From: Eledone cirrhosa
Taxonomy: Eukaryota
Direction of reading: 5' to 3'
DNA: 64,000 bases
Assembly: GCA_964016885.1 (NCBI GenBank)
Contig: OZ024763.1
Span: 21,824,001 to 21,888,000, forward strand
Under the pieces are notes generated by a model. The model was not told where the DNA came from and did no database searches. It saw only the letters and a list, made by a program, of their open reading frames with translations. This document shows positions 39,038-52,944 of the stretch, piece after piece (positions within the stretch are counted from its first letter, which is position 1; each line of letters opens with the position of its first letter). Position numbers and translations under genes: made by a program.

Positions 39038-41197
39038 TGAGGCAGTGTGTCAGAGAGAGTTTTGATGTCATTGGAGAGAAGTGTATCCGGAATGATAAAG
39101 GTGAGCTTGCCCTCACAAGTGCTGAGAAGAAAGATGCATGGAAGAGTCATTATGATAGATTACTAAATGAGGAGAATGCATGGGAAGAAGAGACCCTACC
39201 CCAAGTAGACCCTATAGAGGGGCCAGCAGTACAAGTCAGCAGCAACGTAGTAAGTAAGGCAATCAAAGATATGAAGATGGGGAAGGCAACCGGTCCATAG
39301 GGTATAGCTGCCGAGATGCTGAAGGCATCTGGGTCTGTAGGTCACACTATAACCACACGTATTGTTAACCAGGTAATACTAGAAGGTGTCATACCAAAAG
39401 ATTGGTGCAGTAGCATCATTGTCAACTGCTACAAAGGTAAAGGTGATGCACTAGATAGAGGAAACTATAGAGGTATAAAGCTGATGGACCAGGTCATGAA
39501 AGTAACAGAAAGAGTTATAGCACAGTTGATTAGGGACCGGGTGAAACTAGACAAGATGCAATTTGGGTTTGTACCAGGAAGAGGCACCACTGATGCCCTC
39601 TTCCTTGTGAGGCAGTTACAGGAAAAGTACCTAGCTAAAAGTAAGCCACTCTACTTGGCATTTTTCAACCTTGAGAAAGCCTTTGACAGAGTTCCACGTG
39701 CTGTAATCTGGTGGGCTCTTAGAAAACTAGGAGAGATGAATGGCTTGTGAAAGCGGTACAAGCCATGTATAGGGGAGCAGTCAGCAAAGTTAGGATTAGC
39801 AATGAGTAAAGCGAGGAATTTAGCGTACAGGTTGGGGTCCACCAGGGCTCTGTTCTTAGCCCCCTACTGTTCATCATAGTCCTGCAGGCAATAACGGAGG
39901 AGTTTAAGACCGGCTGCCCATGGGAACTCCTGTATGCTGATGACATCGCACTTATAGCTGAATCTATGGTAGAACTAGAGAAGAAATTCCAAACTTGGAA
40001 GCAGGGACTATAAAGAAAGGGTCTCAAAGTCAACATGACAAAGACTAAGGACCTTGTAAGTAGACGAGAAAACAGAACCCAGATCCCCTCAGGGAAATGG
40101 CTTTACTCAGTATGTAGGAAAGGTGTAGGTAGGAACTCCATTCTCTGCCCCAAATGCAAACAATGGGTACACAAGAGATGTAGCGGGATCTCAGGAAGCT
40201 TAATTAAGAATGTAAGCTTCACATGCAGCAGCTGTGCTGGGACAGCAAGCAGCAAACAGCCACAGGAAACAAGTACCACCAATCTCTGGGAGGGCTCTGT
40301 AGAAACAGTAGACAGCTTCTGCTACCTAGGTGACCGAATTAGCAGCGGAGGTGGGTGTTCAGAAAGTACAATAACTAGGGTAAGAACGGGATGGTAGAAG
40401 TTTAGGGAACTACTACCACTGCTAGCTGCAAAAGGCTTCTCCCTCAAAATGAAAGGCAGACTGTATGATGCGTGTATCCGAACAGCGATGTTGCATGGTA
40501 GTGAGACCTGGGCGCTGAAGGTGGAAGACTTACGTAGATTAGAGAAAAACGAAGCCTGCATGCTCCGATGGATGTGTAACAGTAATATACGCGAACGACA
40601 AAGCATAAATGAATTGAGAGAGAGACTGAGCATAAGAGGAATCAAATGCTGTGTGCAGGAGAGGCGGTTGCACTGGTATGGACATGTGATGCGTATGAAG
40701 GATGACAGCTGCATAAAAAGGTGCAGAGCACTAGAAGTCGATGGAAACCGCGGAGTGGGGAGACCCAAGATGACCTGGGATGAGGTGATAAAAGCCGACC
40801 TTACCCAATTACACCTCTCAAAGGCGATGACACATGACCGTGACCTCTGGCGTCATGCAATAATACAGAGTACCCAACCTCCCATGGGTACAAGCTAAAG
40901 CATATAGAAAATATGCCCCCACACCCTCCCACTGAAAGGTGGTCGTGGAGGTGCCACGGCAAAAAAGCACCCAGCCCACACTGTAAAGTGGACGTCTAGG
41001 CGCCACGAAAAAGCACCCAGCACTCACTGTAAATGAGGTTGGTGTTAGGAAGGGCATCCAGCTGTAGAAATCAAGCCAAATCAGTTCCTGTGTGAGCAAG
41101 GCATGGTCAGCCGACCAGACACTGCCCACAACAGGACAACCCGTCTAACCCATGCTAGAGTGGAAGAACGGACGTAAAATGGTGATGATGATGATGA

Positions 41198-41200
<3 letters not shown>
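39038..41200 (+). mobile_element. 5'-truncated, decayed RTE LINE (RT with Cys/His PHD-like insert, 3' UTR ending in (GAT)n)
   Basis: NYRGIKL, LEKAFD, GVHQGS, YADD, CPKCKQWVHKRC, GRPKMTW; several stops and frameshifts. Confidence 0.9.
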
Positions 41201-41231
<31 letters not shown>

Positions 41232-41235
41232 ATAC

Positions 41236-41277
<42 letters not shown>

Positions 41278-41285
<8 letters not shown>

Positions 41286-41686
41286 AGATCAAAAGATGGT
41301 TAAAGGAGTTCCATGTATTTTATTATGCGCATTTCAAAAACAAACATCATCATGCAATAATATTTGTGTTTTCATCAGATAAAACAGGAGAACATGATAT
41401 GAAGGCTAAAAAACACTTGTGGATAGTGCAGTTTTAAATCAACAAACTGCACTATCCACAAGTGTTTTTTAGCCTTCATATCATGTTCTCCTGTTTTATC
41501 TGATGAAAACACAAATATTATTGCATGATGATGTTTGTTTTTGAAATGCGCATAATAAAATACATGGAACTCCTTTAACCATCTTTTGATCTTATATTAT
41601 GCATACTCCAGTCCTACAAACTGTAGAGTGCTTCTTATCCGATATCTGCATTGCTTTATTGTACTACAATAAAACTCACCTCCTAC

Positions 41687-41690
<4 letters not shown>
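41278..41690 (+). repeat. Perfect inverted repeat (~157-bp arms, 9-nt spacer) plus one-sided tail
   Basis: 41278-41434 is the reverse complement of 41444-41600. Confidence 0.95.
41494..41560 (+). ncRNA. Type I hammerhead ribozyme fold (mirror copy on minus strand 41318-41384)
   Basis: Stem I TTTTAT/ATAAAA; CTGATGA 41500-41506; AT-rich stem II; GAAA 41543-41546; stem III with palindromic TGCGCA; AUA cleavage triplet. Confidence 0.8.
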
Positions 41691-41723
<33 letters not shown>

Positions 41724-42710
41724 ATAGGATTGGCTGTGTAGTTGCTAGTTAAGGTAGGCTTAAAAATAAAAAAAGAATAAGAAGAAAGCAAGAATGGGGG
41801 ACGGGGTTCCTCATCAGTTGTCTACTGGGGTCTCGGATATTTCAGTGCTTAGACAATATATCTACTCCCAGAGCATTCAATAACTATATATATTAGAGAG
41901 GGAGAGGGAGAACAACATTGATAGAAAATTCCATTTACTGGTCTGAGTGAAAACATCTTTGAATGTATGTATGCTCCCTCCAGCACCCATTTTTTTTCTT
42001 TGTCATGCATTTACGCTCCATGAATTATAAATAAAAGTTTCAGAATGTTCTTTGAGTGACAGTAGGGTTAATGTGCGAGACAGACATATAGTCTGTACAG
42101 TTGATATAATATTGATGACTTCGCATGACATAAGACAATTGTTTGGGTATTTGGAGATGTTTGGAGCCAACAACAGTTTTTTTAAGATTTCTTCACATCA
42201 TTTGTTAAGAAAACTAGAACAAACACTTGGAAAACACTAGAAAAAGAGAAAAATAGTAAAAAAAAAACAACTAAATCCTTGATTTATATTCAATAGCTAG
42301 TGAAATAATGTGATTTTAGTTTGATAAAAAAAATAACAATGATTATGATGATGATAGTGATAGTGATGATGATGATGCTGATGAGGGTGATGATGGTGAA
42401 GATAATGAGGGTGATGATGATGATTATGGTGATGATGATGATGATTGGAAAACAAAATAAAATAAAATGATAAACTAATAAACAAATAAACTATTGAAGA
42501 GAATCAATGATTCATGATTCAGGTAATTTACGCTGCACAGAGCAGAGATGGTGGGTTGGAAATCAAATTATACCAATATTATAATTATTATTGTTATTAG
42601 TAGTTGTATTAATAGTACAGTATTAGCACTAGTAGTAGTAGTAGTGTTGTTGGCATCTTCATCATTGCTGTTGTTTTTGTTATCATTGTCATCATTATTA
42701 CTATAATATT

Positions 42711-43381
42711 TGTTTCTACTTTCGGGACAAGGCCAGTAATTACCCCAGTGTATTACTGGTACTTTATTTTTATAAGGATGAAAGGCAAAGCTAACCTCGG
42801 CAGGATTTGAACTCAGATGATAAAGGGGCATAACTCTATGCTGCAAAGCATGGCATCTGTCGTTCTACCGATACTGCCAATCCACTGCCTTTTATCATTA
42901 TTACTATAATAATAATAATTGTTTCTACTTTAGGCACAAGGCCAGCAATTACCCAGTGCATTACTGGTACTTTATTTTATCGACCCCGTAAGGATGAAAG
43001 GCAAAGTCAACCTCGGCGGGTTAATAATAATAATATAATATTATATAATAATATAATAATATAATATTATATATTATATAATAATATAATTGTTTCTACT
43101 TTTTGGCACAAGGCCAGCAATTACCCAGTGCATTACTGGTACTTTATTCTATCGACCCCGGAAGGATGAAAGGCAAAGTTAATATAATAATATAATAATA
43201 ATAATAATAAATATAGTTGCAGCATTTTACAGTCTGAGTTCAAATCCTGCCAAGGTTAACTTTGCTTTTCATCCTTATGGGGTCGATAAAATAAAGTACC
43301 AGTAACATACTGGTGTTGATTTAATTGACTTTCCCCCTTCCCTTCAAATTGCTCGCCTTGTGCCAAATGTAGAAACAATTA
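42711..43381. mobile_element. Cluster of four whole or partial SINE B copies (three minus, one plus)
   Basis: Repeated TGTTTCTACT...GGATGAAAGGCAAAG blocks separated by (TAA)n. Confidence 0.8.
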
Positions 43382-43623
43382 TTTCATGACTGTCATACCA
43401 TTCTAGATAATTCTTTTTAAAAATTGGTTTCTTTGCTAAAGGCACTGAAAGAAAAGATGATTTATTCTAGCAAAGTTTGACAGATGGATGGTCCTGAACT
43501 CCTGGTGGGGTTATATGGGCACTGTCTTGAGACAGGGTCTGTCTGTTGGCTATTTTAAACCTGGCTAAGACCATTCTCTCTCCCAGTCATAATACAACCA
43601 GTGTCATCTAGAGAAAGAGTGCA

Positions 43624-43664
<41 letters not shown>

Positions 43665-43671
43665 GGGTATC

Positions 43672-43862
43672 CAACAGATTAACAAACCATACTTGATAAC
43701 ATGTATTCGAGCTGGAAGTTTCTTCTACTTGAGTTGACAAATTCTTCAGGTGAAACACATGTTATCAAATATGGTTTGTTAATCTGTTGCGGAACTAATT
43801 CTACACCGAACTCATCCTTTAGACTGAGTGGTCTACCAGTTTTGGATATAACCACCAGGTGT
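43672..43862 (+). repeat. Short inverted repeat plus tail, with a decayed hammerhead remnant
   Basis: CAACAGATTAACAAACCATA..GATAACATGT / ACATGTTATC..TATGGTTTGTTAATCTGTTG; GAAACACATGTT. Confidence 0.7.
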
Positions 43863-43890
43863 TTTATTATTATATATATATATATATATA

Positions 43891-44081
43891 GAAGTGGTTA
43901 CACAATTGTTTCACCTTAGCGGATCCTCAGCTCGGAATTGATTCCGAGCTGAGGATCCGCTAAGGTGAAACAATTGTTCTCGGTATGGTGAACTAACTGT
44001 TGTGTAACCACTTCTACCTAACTCGTCCCATGGACTGAGTGCTCTACCACTACGGATATTACCTTCCAGTGTTCCACCACT
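43891..44081 (+). repeat. Palindrome (centre 43939-43940, left arm internally deleted) plus tail
   Basis: ACAATTGTTTCACCTTAGCGGATCCTCAGCTCGGAAT is mirrored; GAAGTGGTTACACA / TGTGTAACCACTTC. Confidence 0.9.
43944..43983 (+). ncRNA. Minimal type I hammerhead ribozyme fold
   Basis: CCGAG-CTGAGGA-TCCGCTAAGGT-GAAA-CAATTG-TT-CTCGG: stem I CCGAG/CTCGG, palindromic loop 3, GUU triplet. Confidence 0.8.
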
Positions 44082-44130
44082 ATATAGATATTTATCTAAT
44101 TTCCAAATTTTTTTTTAAAATTTGATATTA

Positions 44131-44455
44131 TCTTCTTCTTCTTCCACTTATTCTGGAGAGGGTCATGTGGGGAGCGGGCAGAGTATTCAAACACTCCTTG
44201 CAGTGGGTTCAGTGGGTTCTGTGAGAGGCAACCATCTCCAACTGATCTGACAGGATCCCCAAGTGAGACTAGCCAAACTCATAGATGCTATCCAACCATC
44301 TTGCTGGGGTCTGCCCCTGGGTCTCATGTCGGTTGGTTTTTGCCTGTAAAATCTCTCCAGCGATTCTTTCCTGAGACATTCTACCCACATGTCTGTAGTA
44401 TCAGAGCTGTGATCTCTCAATTTGGAGAAGTAGCAGCTCTACCTGAAGTAACTCT
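44131..44455 (-). mobile_element. Decayed 3' end of another RTE-type LINE with a (GAA)n tail
   Basis: Minus strand translates LLQIERSQL*YYRHVGRMSQERIA and, after a frameshift, RPRGRP. Confidence 0.7.
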
Positions 44456-44844
44456 CGATATTATAATTAACAACAATTTTTTTTAAATTTGATATAATTT
44501 ACAACATTTTTTTTTAAATTGGATATCATAATTTATTTAAACATTTTTTTTTAAATTTATAAATAAAAAAAAAGTCCAACAATTTTCAGAAGGGTTATCT
44601 TTCCTTAATAGAAGCTCATATTTCACTTCAGTTATTTCCTTTTCAATCTATTGTACACTCTATGTTATCTGCTTTACTTGTGTCTTCTAAAGGAAGATGA
44701 GTTTTCTATTCTTCTAATCAAATCCATCTTCTCTATCTCTGACCTCTCTATAACTATTCCTTTGATTACAGATGTCATCTGTAAATCTGGATATGAAAAC
44801 TAGGAAGATATTACCCACCTCTGCTAGCTTCTAGCTTCCACATG

Positions 44845-44890
<46 letters not shown>

Positions 44891-45692
44891 AGTGTGTGTA
44901 TGTTTGTATGTATGTATGTATATATATATATATATGTATACATGTGAAAGCTATATATATATATATATGTATATATATATTTATATATATATATGTATAT
45001 CTGTATGTATATATGTATGCATATATATATGTATGTATGTATGTATGTATAGATATATGTATATATATATATATGCATGTATATATATATATGTATAGAT
45101 ATATGTATGTATATATATGTATATTATGTGCGTGTGTGTATATATTTGTACATATATACTTATATTCATACAAACATTTTATACACACATACATACACAC
45201 ATACATACATACATACATACATCCCCACATACACACACACTTACATACATACACACACACACATACATACACACATATGTACATACATACACATACATAC
45301 ACACAAACATACCTTTTAAAATATTTTTCTTCAATAAATGTCATTTCATGAAATATGTTCTTAACCATGTAAAAAAAAAAAATAATAATTTGGTTTTTTT
45401 TTTTTTTTTTTTTTTTGTTGAAAATTTGGCTAATGTTGTAGTTGCTGTCTTTTGTTTTTCATCTCACTTCAATTCACTCCTCACCATTGCCGCTACCACC
45501 ATCACCATCACAGCCACCACCACCACCACCGCCACCACCACTGTCTTCACCATCACCGTCACCACTTATCACCTACTCTTTTTTTGTCCAATTAAGCATG
45601 TTACATTTTCATGTTGTCAAACACATTCTCTTCTTCACGACACCTTTTCACTCTTTCACATTCTTCTTCCTTTTGAAAAAAAACAAAAAAAC

Positions 45693-45727
<35 letters not shown>

Positions 45728-45728
45728 G

Positions 45729-46520
45729 GGTTTCTTATATAGGCACAAGGCCAGCAATTTTGGGCGATGGGGATAGTCGTTTAAATCGACCCCAGAGTGT
45801 GACTGGTACTTTATTTTATCAACCCACCCCTTGTAAGAATGAAAGGCGAAGTTAACCTCGGCGGGATTTTGAACTCAGATCATAAAGGGCCATAACTCTA
45901 TGCTGCAAAGCATGGTGTCTAACGCTTTACCAATACTGCCAATATCGACCCCCCCCCCCCCCCCCCGTATGGATGAGAGGCAAAGCTAACCTCGGCTTTG
46001 CCTTTCATCCTTACAGGGTTGATTAAGTAAAGTACCAGTAATGCACTGGGATCGATTTAGCTCACTTTCACCTACCCTTCAAATTGCTGGCCTTGTGCCT
46101 ATAGTAGAAATCATTATTATTATTATTATTAATAATAATAATAATAATTATGGTTTCTTATATAGGCACAAGGCCAGCAATATGGGAGGAGGGGAAGTCG
46201 ATTAAATTGACCCCAGTGCATTACTGGTACTTTATTTTATCGACCCTGTAAGGATGAAAGGCAAAGCTAAACTCGGTTTTGTTTTTCATCCTTAAGGCCG
46301 GTGGATTGGAAGTATCAGTAGAGCATCAGACACCATGCTTTGCAGCATAGAGTTATGGCCCTTTGCGTTCTGAGTTCAAATCCCGCCAAGGTTAGCTTTG
46401 CCTTTCATTCTTACAGGCTCGATAAAGTAAAGTACCGGTCACACACTGGGGTCAATTTAATCGATTTTCCTCTCCCCCTCCACAAAAATAGCTGACCTTG
46501 TACCCAAAGTTGAAATCATT
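45729..46520. mobile_element. Cluster of SINE B copies in alternating orientation
   Basis: Minus, plus, minus, plus copies separated by (AAT)n. Confidence 0.8.
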
Positions 46521-46523
46521 ATT

Positions 46524-46576
<53 letters not shown>

Positions 46577-46813
46577 TGATAATAATTATAATGATAATGG
46601 CTTGTAAAAATGCTTTCAGCACCATCATGTTATCAGCTTCATTTCATTTCTTCCGACGAGGATAATAACTGCCATCGATTCTGGTGTAATGGCACGGTGC
46701 CACGCTATAACATAACACCACCGAAACCCTTGTTTTTATTCACCTTATATATATAACTGTTGTCATCAGCATGGCACTGCAGGGGTCTATATATATATAT
46801 ATACATATATATT

Positions 46814-46905
<92 letters not shown>

Positions 46906-47574
46906 CATAGACACACACATGTTAATTTTTTTTAACCATTCAATTTTCTACTCTTCCTCCTTCCCCACCCCACTGCAATGGTAGTGGGTTTGCAAATAAT
47001 GTCACCAGTTGTATATATAAAAATATATACACTCACACATGTATATGTAATATAATATATATAATATAACATAACATAACTTATGATAATATATATAATA
47101 TAACTTAACATAATATATGATAATATATATATAATATAACTTAACAATATATGATAATATAACATAACATAATATATTATAATATATAATATAACTTAAT
47201 ATAATATAACATATTATAACTTATTACCTAACATATTATAACTTAATATAACATAATTGGAAGAAATATTAACCTCTGTTGATTAACATAGAGGTTAGTG
47301 ATCAAACAAATTAGGTGTAACTACAGTTTAGTTCCCCACCCCCTCATCTTTATCTTGTCTCCTCATATATTTCTTAATTTGTATTTCTAAAATTAAAATA
47401 ATATTTTGCAAAGATATATTTCAAACATTTTTTAAATTTTATTTTAATGTGGATTACAATTATGTTGATGAAATTAAATAAGATTTTTAATTTAATTTTA
47501 GTTTTTTTCTGGTGAAAATTGAAAGATTTATTATGCTTTCTAGGAAATTAAGAAAGGGACATAATACATGTTTT

Positions 47575-48780
<1,206 letters not shown>

Positions 48781-49529
48781 TGTAAAAACTCATCAGAAAT
48801 AACAAAGCCACCGACACAGTACAATGAAGAAATATATTAGTTTAATGTTTGAAATATTAGAAAAAATTTCTGACACTAGTCCTTCATATATATATATATA
48901 TATATATTAATTGTTATATTTGGGGAGGGTCATATTGTTATAATGTTGCCAGAAATAATAATAGAACACACTCATGCTTAGGAAAAAGTAGAAGAAGGTT
49001 TGAGGTTTTGGACCTAAGTCTTTCTTCGGGAAATGGAGAATTCAGAGACAGAAAGGAATGGTTGGGACATCAAAGTTTGTTAATGTCTTTATTTACTGAA
49101 TTCTTTCGATCGATTTTTTTGCAATTTGTGTTTGTCATAGGCTAAACATAAACTCAGAAATGTGTTCATCATATCTTCCAATTTCATGCTGATAATGGAA
49201 TAAAATCAAACATCAATAATTTCATCAATAATATCAATCAGAAAAAGACAATTATTTTATATGGGAGAAACGTAATATCATTTCTATGAATATAATTTGG
49301 AAAAGAAACAATGCAAGAAAGAAAAACGTTATTCTTGAAGTTTCATCAACATACTCATATCCCATACCTAGGAAAATATATATCTGCAAACTTTCGAGGG
49401 TGGTGGGCTAGGCCAGATTTTCACCTGCCAAAGCCCTAACACCTATGAAGGTTAGAAAAAAATTTGGGTAAAATAATTAAAAATAATTACTCATGATTAT
49501 TACTTTTTATATTAATGATAAGAATAAAA

Positions 49530-49570
<41 letters not shown>

Positions 49571-49578
<8 letters not shown>

Positions 49579-49782
49579 TAAATTTGGTAGAAATATCCAA
49601 GGATAAGAGCACTCAGTCCATAGAAAGAGTTAAGTATAATTAGTTACAACAGTGACACATACAGCTACTTAAGTTTCATTGGGTTATGCACCCCAACTCA
49701 TTCAGCTTGTTATAACAAGCTGAATGAGTTGGGGTGCATAACCCAATGAAACTTAAGTAGCTGTATATGTCACTGTTGTAAC

Positions 49783-49790
<8 letters not shown>
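49571..49790 (-). repeat. Spacerless palindrome (78-bp arms) plus tail on the left
   Basis: 49635-49712 mirrors 49713-49790 with one mismatch. Confidence 0.9.
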
Positions 49791-49829
<39 letters not shown>

Positions 49830-50124
49830 GTAAACAGAGAACAGAAAAACAAAAAAACATGGAAGTGAAGAGGCAGTAGAAATGTTATTATTATTAGTTT
49901 CAAGAAAGAAATTGGCAGTATCGGTAGAGAGGAGTCGGACGCCATGCTTTCCAGCATAGTTACGTCCCTTTACGGTCTGAGTTCAAATCCCGTCGAGGTT
50001 AACTTTGCCTTTCGAACTTACAGGGTCGATAAAATAAAGTACCAGTAATGTACTGGGTAATTTGCTGGCCTTGTGCCAAAAGTAGAAACAATTATTATTA
50101 GTTTCACGCTTGAGAGTGGGGGGT

Positions 50125-50163
<39 letters not shown>

Positions 50164-50473
50164 ATGATTTTGTGTTAAACAATAAAAACTAATGATAAAA
50201 TAAATATATATTTTTTTAAATGAGACGCCTGAGGGTGGTGGCCAAGGCCGGACTTTCACCTGTAAAGGCCTTAAGCTATATGAAATTTCAGGCCCTTCTC
50301 TAAATATATTTGGGCAAAGTGATTTATAATCAGCCTCTCATACTGATGTTAAGGTATTGTTCTCAAAATAAATAATATCAAAATCTCATAGATTTGATAT
50401 TATGTGAGATAATTATGAGGTAAAGCCTTTACCACAAACATACAATAGTAAATATAGAGTAATGTATATATAT

Positions 50474-50790
<317 letters not shown>

Positions 50791-51187
50791 GTTAAAGGGT
50801 TAAGAAAGTTATGAGGAAAGCAAGTTGGAGTTGGAAGGGGGAGCACTAAACTGTAGTTATACTCTCCCTAAATATATTTCTTCCTGTTCATGAACCTACA
50901 TTTTATTGTGTTCTTTCCCAGAACAAATGTTAACAACATTCCTTCCCTCTTTCTTTTTTTTTTAAAGGAAAAGTTGCACGGACTTGTAAGTATCATTCAG
51001 TCTTTACGTTTCTTTGAACTTCACTGCAAACCCCTGCAAAGCAACGGTCTACCTCTTCTTCAGGAGTGTGTGTGTGAGGGGGTGGTATCTGTGCTACAGA
51101 AACAGTGCTAGACATTAGATTTACATGAGGGAGTTAACCGGGCAACAGCTCAGAGTCTCATAATCCAGCAATGGTGACCTTATCATA

Positions 51188-51392
51188 GGTGCTTGCTTGG
51201 CTGAGTGGTTAGAGAATTGGATTCGCAATCGTGAGGTTGTGAATTCGATTTCCGGACCGGGTGATGTGTTATGTCCTTGAGCAAGACACTTTATTTCAAG
51301 CTGCTCATTCTACCAGGAGTTGCAACTGGTAGATGGAAGATAGTATGAGCAATGGTACGACCAATGGAAACATTGTTACCTTGGTCTGACTT
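51188..51392 (+). mobile_element. tRNA-derived SINE family C (second copy ~54980-55160, minus strand)
   Basis: TGGCTGAGTGG A box, B-box-like GAATTCGATTT, CCTTGAGCAAGACACTTT, and a distinct tail GACCAATGGAAACATTGTT. Confidence 0.7.
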
Positions 51393-52071
51393 AATGAGGT
51401 CCAGCCACTCGGTAAGCAAATGAGGTCTGAGATTTTGTTGATCAACTTCCTTAATTATATACTAAAGTATAGCTGTCAAAAACACAACATTTTAAATTCA
51501 TTTCTTTTCCATTGAGTGTCCCCTTTGTTTTAGGGGTCAGCATGATTCGATGCTGGAATCTTAGCATCTTTATATTATATTCATGAGTTTAAATCCTGCT
51601 GAGGTTAGCTTTGCCTTTCATCTTTATGGGGTCGATAAAATAAAGCACCAGTAATGCACTGGGGTCGATTTAATTGTCTTTCCCCCTTCCCCCTTCAAAT
51701 TGCTGGCCTTGTGCCTAAAGTAGAAACAATTATATTATAGTCATGTACTTTAAATTTTCATTAAGTTTCTTGAAAGCTGGGGCTGGAACTTCCTAATATT
51801 TTCTAATCCAGGTCCCTAGTAGCTTTAATCCAGACATGTCTATGGGGGTAGAGGCCACACATATCGATGCTAAATCTTAGCTTCATCATATATTATGCAG
51901 GCCTAAATTCATGTACTTTAAATATTCATTAAGTCTCCTGTGAACATGTGCTGAGGTGGGGGCACCAAATATTCCCTAACCTAGGTCCCTAGTTGTTTTA
52001 ATCCAGCCCTGTCTTTGAGTGTCCCTTCTGTTTTAGAGATCAGCAGGGATTGATGCTGGAATCATAGCGTC

Positions 52072-52262
52072 AGGTGGATTGGCAGTATCGGTAGAGGGTC
52101 GGACGCCATGCTTTGCAGCAAAGAGTTACGACCCTTTATGGTCTGAGTTCAAATCCCGCCGAGGTTAACTTTGCCTTTCATCCTTACGGGGGTCGATAAA
52201 ATAAAGTACCAGTAATGCACTGAGATAATTGCTGGCCTTGTGCCAAAAGTAGAAACAATTAT
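52072..52262 (+). mobile_element. tRNA-derived SINE family B (Meta-like central domain), representative copy. Others at ~11618-11798(-), 23248-23406(-), 36416-36600, 37667-37833, 37846-38030, 49911-50093, 51585-51731, 53295-53482, 53510-53725, 60235-60410(-)
   Basis: A-box-like TGGCAGTATCGG, B box GAGTTCAAATCC, GCCTTTCATCCTTACGGGGTCGATAAAATAAAGTACCAG, (ATT)n tail. Confidence 0.85.
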
Positions 52263-52482
52263 ATATTATGTAGGCCTACAGTCAAGTACTTCATATTTTC
52301 ATTTAAAGTTTCTTGTGAGCACCTGCTCACAAGAACAGTATTAGACTTTGGGATTCCTACAAGCTTATTACAAGAATATTCAGCTTTCACAAATAGATGT
52401 TTGATCTGCAATTCACACCACTTGATCTTTGAGCTCACATTTTTTTAAAAACACATTTTAAAGCTTGTTTTTTCCCCCTTAA

Positions 52483-52901
52483 CCCTTTAGCATTTAAACC
52501 GGCTGCACCCAGCCAGAATTCTCTCACCTCTTTCTGTTCAAATTGACCGTAACTAGCTACTCATACTGAGTATTAAGGTATTGTTTTCAAATTAAATATC
52601 AAAATCTCATAGATTCGATATTATGTGAAATAATTATGTAAGGTAAAGACTTTACCATGAAAATACAATAGTATATATAGAGTAATGTAAATGTTAAAGG
52701 GTTAAACCAGCTGAATCTGACCAGAATTCTTTCACCTCTTTCTGTTCAAACTGGCCTCTCATACTGATGTTAAGGTATTGTTCTCAAAATAAATAATATC
52801 AAAATCTCATAGATTAGATATTATGTGAAATAATTATGAAAGATAAAGCTTTTACCATGAAAATATAAGAGTAAATATAGAGTAATGTATATGCTAAAGG
52901 G
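52483..52901. mobile_element. piggyBac-type MITE plus a tandem partial second copy
   Basis: TTAA-CCCTTTAGCATTTA...AAAGGG-TTAA (52483-52701), then a repeat ending AAAGGG-TTAA at 52901. A further partial copy at 50331-50799 is interrupted. Confidence 0.8.
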
Positions 52902-52944
52902 TTAAAATGAAATAATGTAGCATATATTGTAATTATTAATTTGA

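Noticed and set aside
46650-46740. Hammerhead-like CCGACGA...GAAACCCTTGTT
   Set aside because: Core deviates and stem I cannot pair.
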